DNA of 64,000 nucleotides. It comes from a virus. Taxonomy: Duplodnaviria > Caudoviricetes. Position numbers and translations under genes: made by a program. This document shows, piece after piece, positions 27,837 to 37,640 of the stretch; within the stretch, counting starts at the first letter, position 1, and the number at the start of each line of letters is the position of its first letter. The stretch covers positions 15,518-79,517 of IMG/VR virus record IMGVR_UViG_3300023105_001349, one strand, 5' to 3'. The notes beneath the pieces were generated by a model. The model ran no database searches, had not been told where the DNA came from, and was given only the letters and a program-made list of their open reading frames with translations.

Positions 27837-29441
27837 ATGAAAGTAGTAGATTACGATATAATTTATTTAAGTTACGATGAACCTAATGCAGAGAAGAATT
27901 ATGCAGATCTTCTTACTAAAGTTCCGTGGGCAAAACGTGTACACGGTGTAGAAGGCTCAGATGCTGCACATAAGGCTTGTGCTGATTTAAGCGAAACAGA
28001 TAGACTAATTGTAATAGACGGCGATAATGTTATTAATCAAGAATTTGTTAATCAAGAGTTTGAAGTAGATCCTAATGTAGATCTAAGTAGAAGTGTACTC
28101 AGTTGGACGGCTAAAAATATTATTAACGGCTTAGAATACGGCAACGGCGGTATTAAAAGTTGGCCAAAAGATGTACTGCTAAACATGCGTACACACGAAA
28201 ATGCTCCACCTGATAATATACAAGCTCAAGTAGAATTTTGTTGGGATATTAATTATTATCATATGGAAGGCTGTTATAGTACAGTACTTAATAATGAAAC
28301 ACCGCAGCAAGCATGGAGAGCAGGTTTCCGTGAAGGTGTCAAAATGGCATTAAAAGAAGGCAGAAAAGTTTCACCTTTAGATTTTAAAAAATTACATCAA
28401 GGCAATTTAGATAGACTGTATATTTGGACAATGGTAGGCTCAGATGTTGATAATGGACTATGGGCAATCTACGGAGCAAGACAAGGCTTGTATATGACAA
28501 TGTGTACAGACTGGGATTATGTTAATGTTCGTGATTTTACATATCTAAATAATATGTGGGAAAACGAAAGAATTAAAGAAGATGAATTGCTAATACATAT
28601 ACAAGCACTAGGTAATGATTTAATTAGTCAGTTAGATATTCCTATTGATCCTAACCCTTTGCTGCCAGGACAAAGTAAGTTCTTTAAGCAAGTATATACT
28701 AACCCAGCAAGAGCAAAAATGAAGCAAGCATCATTATCTGCTAGAAGTATTAGTAACTATGATATTGTGTTTATCAGTTATAATGAACCTAACGCTGAAA
28801 AGAATTGGGAATTATTAAAACATAGATTTCCAAGAGCGCAACGTGTACACGGTGTAAAAGGTATTCACCAAGCACACATTGAAGCAGCAAAATTATCTAA
28901 AACGCCAATGACTTGGATTGTTGATGGTGATGCAGTAATTAAGGATAATTTTAATTTTGATTACTATGTAGACATAAAAGATTATGATGTTGTTCATGTT
29001 TGGAGAAGCGAGAATAAAGTTAAAGGATTAGAATACGGCTATGGCGGTGTAAAATTATTCCCTACAGAATTAACTTTGAATATGGATATTAGTAAGCCAG
29101 ACATGACTACTAGCATCAGCAGAAAATTTAAACCTGTAAAAGAAGTAGCAAACATAACAGAATTTAATACAGATCCGTTCAACGCCTGGAAGAGTGCGTT
29201 TAGAGAATGTGCAAAATTATCTTCTAAAATTATTGATAGACAGAAAGATGATGAAACAGATATTCGCTTAGATGTATGGACAAGTGATACTGGCAATAAT
29301 GAACCTTTTGGTGATTATGTTACTCAAGGTGCAAGAGCCGGTAGAGAGTACGGTACTGCTAATCGCGGTAATGTAGACGCACTAAAAATGATAAACAACT
29401 TTGATTGGTTAAAGGAAAAATTTAATGCTAGAACCATTTGA
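27837..29441 (+). CDS. Tandem two-domain glycosyltransferase-like protein
   Basis: Two homologous halves: YDIIYLSYDEPNAEKN...RVHGV.G...AH...VIDGDN and YDIVFISYNEPNAEKN...RVHGV.G...AH...IVDGDA. Each has a DxD motif, G.GG.K and AWR/K.xFRE. Confidence 0.7.
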   Translation: MKVVDYDIIYLSYDEPNAEKNYADLLTKVPWAKRVHGVEGSDAAHKACADLSETDRLIVIDGDNVINQEFVNQEFEVDPNVDLSRSVLSWTAKNIINGLEYGNGGIKSWPKDVLLNMRTHENAPPDNIQAQVEFCWDINYYHMEGCYSTVLNNETPQQAWRAGFREGVKMALKEGRKVSPLDFKKLHQGNLDRLYIWTMVGSDVDNGLWAIYGARQGLYMTMCTDWDYVNVRDFTYLNNMWENERIKEDELLIHIQALGNDLISQLDIPIDPNPLLPGQSKFFKQVYTNPARAKMKQASLSARSISNYDIVFISYNEPNAEKNWELLKHRFPRAQRVHGVKGIHQAHIEAAKLSKTPMTWIVDGDAVIKDNFNFDYYVDIKDYDVVHVWRSENKVKGLEYGYGGVKLFPTELTLNMDISKPDMTTSISRKFKPVKEVANITEFNTDPFNAWKSAFRECAKLSSKIIDRQKDDETDIRLDVWTSDTGNNEPFGDYVTQGARAGREYGTANRGNVDALKMINNFDWLKEKFNARTI

Positions 29442-30468
29442 GTTATTAGATAGATTTGAATTGCTATACAACAATAATGTTGCTTTAGCTGATCTACGAC
29501 GAGCATATATTGATAAAGATATTAGTTCAATAATGCGTTTAGCTCATGCAGACGAAGATGTAAGAAAAGCAGTAGTTGATAAAAATAAGCACAGTATTTT
29601 TAGATTACTTGGCAGTGGGTCGTTTGTTGGCGACATAGAAGATTTAAGAAAGTTTACACTAACAGATAATTTACATTCTTTGTTCAGACTTGTTAAAAAT
29701 GACGAGTTGCGTAAAGCAGTAATTGAAGAAAATTTATATAGCATATTTAAATTTGCACCAGATGAAGATTTACGAAAATTAGTAATACAAGATAATAGAT
29801 GGAAACTTTGGCCAGTATTGTCTAGGTACACAGATACACAATTTGTTGAAGCATTTAAAAATTTATTTGCTAACGAAATAGAATACGATAAAGATTGTTT
29901 TAGTAGAGGACAGTTAAAAAGTAAACTGTGGTTGGTTGAAGAACTATCTAAACTAAATCAAAGTTTAGGAACAGTATATCTTTGTGCAGGTTGGTATTCT
30001 ACATTAGCAACTATGTTATTTGAATCTAAAATAAATGTTGACAAAATTAGAAGTTTTGATATAGATGAATCGTGTGTTTCAATTGCAGAAGTTATGAACA
30101 AGCCTTGGGTTTTAGACAAATGGAAGTTTAAAGCAACAACTAAAGATATTCATAATATTAATTTTAATATGCACTCTTATGTTACAAAAAATTCTAAAGG
30201 TGAAGAAACAAAAGTTGTAGAATCACCTGATACTATTATTAACACAAGTTGTGAGCATATTGAAAACTTTGCAGAATGGTATAATAAAATTCCTAAAAAT
30301 AAATTAGTTATATTACAAAGTAACAATTACTTTGAAATTGAGGATCACATTAACTGTTCTAAATCACTAGAAGAATTTAGTGAAACTGCTCCTATGTCAA
30401 ATGTTTTATATGAAGGACGTCTAGACTTAGGACAATACATAAGGTATATGAAAATTGGAATTAGATAA
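29425..30468 (+). CDS. Class I SAM-dependent methyltransferase-like protein with N-terminal helical repeats
   Basis: Motif I-like VYLCAGWYSTL, motif II IRSFDID, and DTIINTSCEH. Four E/D-L/V-RK...N..S.F.L repeats at the N-terminus. Confidence 0.6.
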   Translation: MLEPFELLDRFELLYNNNVALADLRRAYIDKDISSIMRLAHADEDVRKAVVDKNKHSIFRLLGSGSFVGDIEDLRKFTLTDNLHSLFRLVKNDELRKAVIEENLYSIFKFAPDEDLRKLVIQDNRWKLWPVLSRYTDTQFVEAFKNLFANEIEYDKDCFSRGQLKSKLWLVEELSKLNQSLGTVYLCAGWYSTLATMLFESKINVDKIRSFDIDESCVSIAEVMNKPWVLDKWKFKATTKDIHNINFNMHSYVTKNSKGEETKVVESPDTIINTSCEHIENFAEWYNKIPKNKLVILQSNNYFEIEDHINCSKSLEEFSETAPMSNVLYEGRLDLGQYIRYMKIGIR

Positions 30469-30679
30469 TTTAACATTGCGCGAGTTACAAACAGAGAGTG
30501 CAAGAGCTCTGAGTACCATGCAGGCTACAAATAATAATATATTTCAATTTAATAAACAAGCACACCATAATAGTCATAATTGGTATAAGGCTGTAATTAC
30601 ATGGTATGTAGAACAATACGGAGATTTGCCTAGCAAAGCAGGTCCGGGCAAAGATGTAGAATTGGTTTATAATGTATAG
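30455..30679 (+). CDS. Small hypothetical protein (74 aa)
   Basis: Overlaps both neighbours, consistent with translational coupling. Confidence 0.55.
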   Translation: MELDNLTLRELQTESARALSTMQATNNNIFQFNKQAHHNSHNWYKAVITWYVEQYGDLPSKAGPGKDVELVYNV

Positions 30680-31757
30680 ATATCAAGACATAAAAGAAGT
30701 ACATTTAGAAATTACGCAACGCTGTCAAGCGGCTTGTCCTATGTGCGATAGAAATTGTAATGGTGGCCCTGATAATCCGCATATTACAAATGCAGAACTT
30801 ACTCTTGAAGATTGTAAGCGTATCTTCAAACCAGACTTTATTAAACAACTTAAAACAATGTATATGTGTGGTAACTTAGGTGATCCTATTGTTGCTAAAG
30901 ATACACTAGAAGTATTTGAATATTTTAGAGAACACAATCCTACAATGTGGTTGAGTATGAATACAAATGCAGGAGCACGAGATGAAGATTGGTGGAGATC
31001 ACTTGCGAGAGTTTTTGGCAGATATGGTGCTGTTATTTTTAGCGTGGACGGGTTGGCTGATACTAATCACATATATCGTCAAGGTGTTAATTGGAGCATA
31101 GTAGAGCGCAGTGCGAAAGCATTTATAGATGCTGGCGGCAGAGCTCGCTGGGATTTTATTGTGTTTGAACATAACGAACATCAAGTTGAAAGAGCAGAAG
31201 AATTATCAAAGCAATACGGCTTTGAAAGATTTGTAGCAAAAAAGACAGGACGTTTTTATAGTACAGCACAACTTACAGGCAAGGAAACACATCAAGCAAT
31301 TAATCGCAAAGGTGAAGAAACAGCAGAACTTGCAAAACCTAAAAAACAAGAATATATCAATCTTGCTCTTTTAAAAGAAGAAGAAATAACTAAAACTTAT
31401 GGTAGCATGGAACAATACTATAACAAGTGTAGCATTGATTGTAAAGTTGCCAAACAGGGTAGTATTTTTATTACAGCAGAAGGACTATTAATGCCTTGCT
31501 GTTGGACTGCTGGACGTATGTATAAATGGTGGCATCCTGATTATCGTGTAGAACAAATTTGGGATCACATTGACAACGCTGGAGGTAAAGAAGGTATTGA
31601 TGTAATTAATAAAGATCTTGAAACTGTAATGAATGGTACACTATTAAAAGGTATACAAGACAGTTGGAATATTGACGGAATTAAAAACGGTAAACTAGGT
31701 GTATGTGCAATGAAGTGCGGAACAGAGTTTGACCCATATACGGAACAGTTTAAATGA
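30672..31757 (+). CDS. Radical SAM protein with C-terminal SPASM/twitch domain (subfamily A)
   Basis: CQAACPMC (Cx3Cx2C), CGNLGDP, and C-terminal CK...FITAEGLLMPCC...CAMKCG. Confidence 0.85.
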   Translation: MYRYQDIKEVHLEITQRCQAACPMCDRNCNGGPDNPHITNAELTLEDCKRIFKPDFIKQLKTMYMCGNLGDPIVAKDTLEVFEYFREHNPTMWLSMNTNAGARDEDWWRSLARVFGRYGAVIFSVDGLADTNHIYRQGVNWSIVERSAKAFIDAGGRARWDFIVFEHNEHQVERAEELSKQYGFERFVAKKTGRFYSTAQLTGKETHQAINRKGEETAELAKPKKQEYINLALLKEEEITKTYGSMEQYYNKCSIDCKVAKQGSIFITAEGLLMPCCWTAGRMYKWWHPDYRVEQIWDHIDNAGGKEGIDVINKDLETVMNGTLLKGIQDSWNIDGIKNGKLGVCAMKCGTEFDPYTEQFK

Positions 31758-32806
31758 TTAATAAGATTGAATTAGAAATTACTAGTGATTGTAATGCAGC
31801 CTGCCCAGGATGTGCTAGAACACTTAATCCTGATAAGTTAAAAATACAAAGTTTTACATATCATGATATTTTAAGATTATTCCCTACTGAAGCAGATATT
31901 CGCGGTAAAGAATTTAAATTTTGCGGAGTATTAGGAGATCCTGCTCTTAATGTTGAATGTGTTAAGATGGTAGATTACCTAGTTACTAACGGAGCATATT
32001 GTGAACTAAGCACAAATGGCGGTTATCAAACTGCTGACTGGTGGCGTAGTTTAGGCAACATCGCAGCAGAATATCCTGGTAGAGTGTATATACATTTTTG
32101 TGTTGACGGACATAAAGAAACTAATCATATCTATCGTGTTAATACAAAGTTTAATATTATTGAACGTAATATGAAAGCGTTCTCTGATGCTGCACCTAAA
32201 AATAGTGCATCTTGGATCTATATTGTATTTGATCACAATGAGCATGAATTAGAAGCAGCAAAAGAACATGCAGCCAAGTTAAATTTTGAATTTGCTACAC
32301 GAACAGGTATGCGTAACAGTTACCATGATTGGGTAGCACAATTAGGTAAAAAGAACAATAAACAGGAAAAGGTTATTACAACTACAGGTGCTAAAGAACA
32401 TAGTAAAAAAGAAGTTGTAAAAGAACTTGATAAGTTTATTGAAGAATACAAAACAACACAAGTTGATGAAGATAAAATTAAAGCAGTTACTGATAGTATT
32501 GTTTGCAAATATATTCACGAAGGTGAAATCTTTATTGCAAGCGATCTTACTATGTGGCCTTGCTGTTTCCTTTGGGATAGTGCTTTTAAAAATAAAGAAG
32601 ACATTGTAAACAAGTTAGCACAATTTGAACCAAATTGGAATAGTTTAAAACACCATTCTATACAAGAAGTTATGCAACATGAGTGGTATAGCAAGTTATT
32701 AGGTGCAAGTTGGCACCCTTATCATAGTATGCATTTTGCTAGATGTATTAAGACATGTGCAAAAAATAAAGCATATCACAACGAAATAAACTACACAGTT
32801 AATTAG
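31754..32806 (+). CDS. Radical SAM protein with C-terminal SPASM/twitch domain (subfamily A)
   Basis: CNAACPGC, CGVLGDP, and C-terminal CKY...FIASDLTMWPCC...CIKTC. Confidence 0.85.
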   Translation: MINKIELEITSDCNAACPGCARTLNPDKLKIQSFTYHDILRLFPTEADIRGKEFKFCGVLGDPALNVECVKMVDYLVTNGAYCELSTNGGYQTADWWRSLGNIAAEYPGRVYIHFCVDGHKETNHIYRVNTKFNIIERNMKAFSDAAPKNSASWIYIVFDHNEHELEAAKEHAAKLNFEFATRTGMRNSYHDWVAQLGKKNNKQEKVITTTGAKEHSKKEVVKELDKFIEEYKTTQVDEDKIKAVTDSIVCKYIHEGEIFIASDLTMWPCCFLWDSAFKNKEDIVNKLAQFEPNWNSLKHHSIQEVMQHEWYSKLLGASWHPYHSMHFARCIKTCAKNKAYHNEINYTVN

Positions 32807-32813
32807 GTAAGTA
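32806..32813 (+). promoter_or_regulatory. Late-like box GGTAAGTA, 5 nt before ATG (candidate leaderless start)
   Basis: TAAGTA-ttaat-ATG(32819). No SD upstream. Confidence 0.45.
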
Positions 32814-32818
32814 TTAAT

Positions 32819-34219
32819 ATGACAAAGAAAGTATCAGATACCTGGTGTATCCTTCCTTGGGTGCATCTTAGCACAAGACCAGATGGAAGTATGCGTGTAT
32901 GTTGTACTGCAAATGCAAGCAGTGTAGGACCTACAAATGATAAAGTACACGGAGGTCAAGTTGGTATTCTTAAAACTGAAGATGGTAAACCTAACAATTT
33001 AAATGTAAGTGATTTTGAAACTGCATGGAATAGCACTTATATGAAGAATGTAAGGTTACAAATGCTAAACGGAGAAATACCTCCTAGTTGCGTTAAATGT
33101 TTTAAAGAAGAAGCAGCAGGACATAATTCAAAACGTATGTGGGAAACTGCATATTGGAGTGAGCGTGTAGATGTAGATAATCTTATTGCTAGTACAAAAG
33201 AGGACGGCAGTGTGCCTCCACAATTAGCATATATCGATTTACGTTTTGGAACCAAGTGTCAACTTGCTTGTGTCATGTGTTCACCGCACGATAGCTCAGG
33301 CTGGGTTAAAGATTGGAAAGCAATATTTCCAGCAGTTGAAAATGCTAGTCTTAAAGAAACTATGCAATGGAAGGATAAAGGCAGTTATAACGGTAGTAGT
33401 TATAATTGGCATAAACAAAATCCTACTTTTTGGAAACAGTTCTATGAGCAAATGCCAAATATGCAACAGATATATTTTGCCGGCGGAGAAAGTTTAATTA
33501 TAGAGGAACATTATGAAATACTTGAAGAAGCGATCCGTCAAGGTGTTGCAAAGGACTTGGAACTTCGATATAACAGTAACGGGGTTGAATGGAGAGACGA
33601 TTTATTTGATCTGTGGAAAGAGTTTAAACTTGTAAGATTTCATTATAGTGTTGATAGCATACACGAAATGAATGATTATATTCGTTATCCGAGCAAATGG
33701 AAACGTACTGAAGAAGTATTCCACATACTTGATAATGAAACACCTAGCAATACAGAAGTTACAGTTGCTTGTGCAGTACAAGCATTAAACATCTATTATA
33801 TTCCAGACTTTATCAAATGGAAACTTACACAAAATTTTAAAAAGATTAATATGTGGCCGTTTGGAGCAGGAGGTGTAAACTATCATTTTGTTTATCATCC
33901 ACCGCATTTGAACGTAAAGGTATTGCCAGATTGGTTTAAAGCAGAAGTGCGTAAAAAGTACGAAGAATTTTATCCATGGTGGGAAGAGAACTGGGAGTTA
34001 GGTGTTCCTAGTTGGCATAAAGGCAAGGTTACTAAAGAACAATTTATGGAAGCAGGTTATGGTATTAAACGTTTAAAAGGTATGTTATCATTTATGGAAA
34101 GTGAAGACTGGAGTAGACGCTTGCCTGAAATGCAAGAATTTTTAAATCGTTGCGATGCACAGCGTGGTATTAGTTTTACAGAAGTATTTCCTGAAATGAA
34201 GGAGATATTTACAAAATGA
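32819..34219 (+). CDS. Radical SAM protein with N-terminal twitch domain (subfamily B)
   Basis: N-terminal WCILPW...PDGSMRVCC...CVKC, then CQLACVMC and FAGGE. Confidence 0.85.
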   Translation: MTKKVSDTWCILPWVHLSTRPDGSMRVCCTANASSVGPTNDKVHGGQVGILKTEDGKPNNLNVSDFETAWNSTYMKNVRLQMLNGEIPPSCVKCFKEEAAGHNSKRMWETAYWSERVDVDNLIASTKEDGSVPPQLAYIDLRFGTKCQLACVMCSPHDSSGWVKDWKAIFPAVENASLKETMQWKDKGSYNGSSYNWHKQNPTFWKQFYEQMPNMQQIYFAGGESLIIEEHYEILEEAIRQGVAKDLELRYNSNGVEWRDDLFDLWKEFKLVRFHYSVDSIHEMNDYIRYPSKWKRTEEVFHILDNETPSNTEVTVACAVQALNIYYIPDFIKWKLTQNFKKINMWPFGAGGVNYHFVYHPPHLNVKVLPDWFKAEVRKKYEEFYPWWEENWELGVPSWHKGKVTKEQFMEAGYGIKRLKGMLSFMESEDWSRRLPEMQEFLNRCDAQRGISFTEVFPEMKEIFTK

Positions 34220-35523
34220 GTCTACCATGTTACTATGCACTAGGTGGCGTAAACTTTAAAAACGGGTTTGTTACTAGTTGTCCACAGCAAAGTGATCAAT
34301 TACAAATCCTTTCTGACGATTACTTGCCTAGTAAGTTTTTTAATAACGAAAACTTTAAAAAGCATAGATTAGACTTATTAAATGGTAAATGGCCTAAAGG
34401 ATGCGACATTTGTCAACACGTTGAAGAACGTAAAGCAGGCAAGAGTATGCGTCAAGAAGAACCTGTAACATTAGATAATGTAAATGTTACTACTGGAGAA
34501 GTAGACTTTGCAGGACTAAAAACTGCGGAAATACGTTTTAGTCATAGTTGTAATATGAGTTGTTTGCATTGTAGTCAAGTATATAGCAGTGGATGGATGC
34601 AAAAACTAAAAAAGTATATACCTGATCAGGAAGATAAAGAACTTAAACTAATACAGTTAACAGGTGAAATGCATCGTGCATCGGAAGATGATGATTTAAC
34701 AATGCAAATTCCTACTAAACAAGCATTAGAAATTGTAGACGATTTAAATAAAAACTTTCCTAATTTAGAGCGTGTAGACTTTGCAGGCGGCGAAGTATTG
34801 TATCAAAAACAATTCTTTCCTACATTAGAAAAGTTAGCAGAACATCCTAATGCAAGTAATATGCTTATCATGTTTCATAGTAACTTTAATGCAGATTTTA
34901 ATCCAGTAACACTATCAGACTTGCTTATTAAGTTTAAAAAATCTGTTATTCATGTTAGTGTTGACAGCGGTCCTACATTATATCCGTATTTTAGACAAGG
35001 TGATTGGAACAAACTAAAAAGTAATATTGCTAAATTTAGAGAAGTAAACAAAAATAAAAGCGAATTAAATTTAGTTTGTACTACAGGAACATATCAAATA
35101 ATGGAAATTAAAGATGTGTTTGAAGGCTTTTTAAGTTTAGATTGTAATTATATTGATAGTAGTATTATCTACACACCTACATATCTAAACCCTGCACTAA
35201 TGATGCAACACTTTGGAACCAAAGTTTTAGAAGATATTGCTGAAACTGAAAATATGATTTTTAGAGTAAACAAACAACGACTTGATAATATTGACGAAGC
35301 AAGACATCTGCATAGTTTCAATAGAGGAACTTGGACAGATATAGAAGGTGCCCATAGGGCATTAAAGAACATTAAGGACTATATTACAAATAACAAAACA
35401 AGTTCTAAAGATTGGAATGCTTTTAAAGCATATATTAGAAAAACTGATAATATATGGAATCAAGATTTTAATAGTCATGTAACAAACTATAAGTTTGACG
35501 GAGAGAACATTGTACGAAACTAA
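34216..35523 (+). CDS. Radical SAM protein with N-terminal twitch-like domain (subfamily B, divergent)
   Basis: N-terminal LPC...VTSCP...CDIC, then CNMSCLHC and FAGGE. Confidence 0.8.
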   Translation: MSLPCYYALGGVNFKNGFVTSCPQQSDQLQILSDDYLPSKFFNNENFKKHRLDLLNGKWPKGCDICQHVEERKAGKSMRQEEPVTLDNVNVTTGEVDFAGLKTAEIRFSHSCNMSCLHCSQVYSSGWMQKLKKYIPDQEDKELKLIQLTGEMHRASEDDDLTMQIPTKQALEIVDDLNKNFPNLERVDFAGGEVLYQKQFFPTLEKLAEHPNASNMLIMFHSNFNADFNPVTLSDLLIKFKKSVIHVSVDSGPTLYPYFRQGDWNKLKSNIAKFREVNKNKSELNLVCTTGTYQIMEIKDVFEGFLSLDCNYIDSSIIYTPTYLNPALMMQHFGTKVLEDIAETENMIFRVNKQRLDNIDEARHLHSFNRGTWTDIEGAHRALKNIKDYITNNKTSSKDWNAFKAYIRKTDNIWNQDFNSHVTNYKFDGENIVRN

Positions 35524-36328
35524 TAACAAACTTTATAAGACATTAGATGAGTCTTTAATAACAGAAACGTTTAGTCACTTAGACATTGTGTTTGATCCTA
35601 AATGGAAACGTATAGGAGTAAATTTAAGCGGCGGAGCAGATAGTGCATTACTTACATATTTGCTTTGTACTATTATTACCAAACATTCATTAGATACTAA
35701 GATTGATGTTATAACTTATCAACGTTGTTGGGAAACAAGACCGTGGCAAGGATATATAAGCATACAAGTTTTTAATAAAATCAAAGACATGTTTCCTAAT
35801 ATTATTAGTAATAGAATTACTACATTTATTCCTCCTGAACTTGAACACGGAGTAATTGGTCCTATTGTTAATGGTCGTAGCGGAGATCAAATTATAGTTG
35901 GTAGTTTTAATAAATTTGCATTATGGCATTATAATTTAGATGCAGTGTTTAATGCTACTAGTAAAAATCCTGATAGTAGTCGCAGCGATAGAATGACTAA
36001 TAGAGATAAAGATGCAGAAGATGGAACACAGGAAGATTTATGGGTAGAACGTAAAGGACGAGTGCAAGCACACCCTTTCCGTTTTGTAAAAAAAGATTGG
36101 ATTGTGGCACAATACTTTCTTTACAATATTGAAGATTTATATTATACTACACGTAGTTGTGAAGGTGATATTTCACAACATAACATTATTCATGAAGTTT
36201 GCGATCATTATACAAAGTATACAGACGGAATGGACATTCCAGAGTGTGGTCAGTGCTGGTGGTGCGAAGAACGTAAATGGGCAGAATCAAGACTAGACGA
36301 AATGAAACAGGAAATTAACAATGGCTGA
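35495..36328 (+). CDS. QueC-like PP-loop ATP pyrophosphatase family protein 1
   Basis: IGVNLSGGADSALL (PP-loop) and C-terminal RSC...CGQCWWC..R zinc motif. The real start may be the TTG at 35510 after GGAG. Confidence 0.65.
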   Translation: MTERTLYETNNKLYKTLDESLITETFSHLDIVFDPKWKRIGVNLSGGADSALLTYLLCTIITKHSLDTKIDVITYQRCWETRPWQGYISIQVFNKIKDMFPNIISNRITTFIPPELEHGVIGPIVNGRSGDQIIVGSFNKFALWHYNLDAVFNATSKNPDSSRSDRMTNRDKDAEDGTQEDLWVERKGRVQAHPFRFVKKDWIVAQYFLYNIEDLYYTTRSCEGDISQHNIIHEVCDHYTKYTDGMDIPECGQCWWCEERKWAESRLDEMKQEINNG

Positions 36329-37640
36329 TACTTATTGCCCTATACCTTGGATATTTCAAGCAGCAAGAGCAAACGGAGATATGCGTGTTTGTTGTCAAGC
36401 CAACGTGACTAAAAACAGAGGTGTAATTAGACATAAAGACGGAACAGCATATAATGCCGGAGTTGACAATTTAGACAAAGCACGTAATGCTAAACTAATG
36501 ACTGACATGCGTCTTAATATGCTTAATGGTGTATGGAACGAGGAGTGCGGACGTTGTCGCAACGAAGAAGCCGCAGGATTAAACAGTAGACGACAATACG
36601 AGCAACAGCAGTGGAGTTACACTATAGACAATGCTCGTAACGATACTAACTTAGATGGCACAATAGATGTTGAACAAGTTCCTGTAAAATATTTTGATTT
36701 AAGATTTGGAAATTTTTGTAATTTAAAATGTCGTATGTGTGGACCAACAGATAGCAATGCATGGTATGACGACTGGATTAAATTGACAGGAAGTAATGCG
36801 TTTAAAGAAACAAGTGGTGATATTATTATTAAAGAAGTGGGTGGCAAATTATGCACTAGCGAGTATGATTGGCCTAATCACGAACCTTTCTGGGAATACT
36901 TAGAAAAGAATGCTAATAGTATTCAGCATGTTTATTTTGCAGGCGGCGAGCCAATGTTAATAGATCGTCATTATGACTTTTTAGAACGTTGTATTGAAAA
37001 CGGTAGTGCAAAACACATGATTGTAGAATATAATACAAACATGAGTACACTTCCTCCTAGGGTTGCAAAACTTTGGGAACAGTTTAAACAAGTGCGAGTA
37101 GGAGCAAGTATTGACGGTTATGGTAAAGTATTAGAATATCAACGTCATCCTGCCAAGTGGGATAAACTATTGCGTAACTTAACAACATTAGATTCAATGC
37201 CTAAAAACATTGCTGCTTGGTTAGCATTTACTGTAACAGCATACAACGTAAATCATATGATTGATTTTATGAAATGGAAATTAACAGAAAGCGGATTTAA
37301 AAAGATCAATAGCACAATACGTAGGCCAATTATTACACACCATGTAGCACACCATCCGCAACATTTAAATATAAGAGTACTGCCAGTTAAAATGAAAGAG
37401 GAAATTACTAAAAAGTTCCAAGATTTTATTTTATGGACAGAAAAACAAGAGTTTGATTTACACGTAATTAATAATGCTAGAGATATTGCTACTGGAGTTT
37501 GTAAGTATATGAACAGTGAGAGTTATTATGATACTCACTGGGAAGAATTTAAAAATTATACAAAAAAATTAGACTTAATTCGATCTGAGAATTTATTAGA
37601 TGTAGAACCAATGTTTAAGGATTATATAGATGAGCTTTGA
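36321..37640 (+). CDS. Radical SAM protein with N-terminal twitch domain (subfamily B)
   Basis: YCPIPW...NGDMRVCC...CGRC, then CNLKCRMC and FAGGEP. Confidence 0.85.
   Translation: MADTYCPIPWIFQAARANGDMRVCCQANVTKNRGVIRHKDGTAYNAGVDNLDKARNAKLMTDMRLNMLNGVWNEECGRCRNEEAAGLNSRRQYEQQQWSYTIDNARNDTNLDGTIDVEQVPVKYFDLRFGNFCNLKCRMCGPTDSNAWYDDWIKLTGSNAFKETSGDIIIKEVGGKLCTSEYDWPNHEPFWEYLEKNANSIQHVYFAGGEPMLIDRHYDFLERCIENGSAKHMIVEYNTNMSTLPPRVAKLWEQFKQVRVGASIDGYGKVLEYQRHPAKWDKLLRNLTTLDSMPKNIAAWLAFTVTAYNVNHMIDFMKWKLTESGFKKINSTIRRPIITHHVAHHPQHLNIRVLPVKMKEEITKKFQDFILWTEKQEFDLHVINNARDIATGVCKYMNSESYYDTHWEEFKNYTKKLDLIRSENLLDVEPMFKDYIDEL

Noticed and set aside
30455-30679. Possible RiPP precursor for the SPASM enzymes
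   Set aside because: No leader/core pattern, Cys-rich core or repeated motif is visible, and no RRE/PqqD-like gene, peptidase or transporter is nearby. It cannot be excluded but is unsupported.
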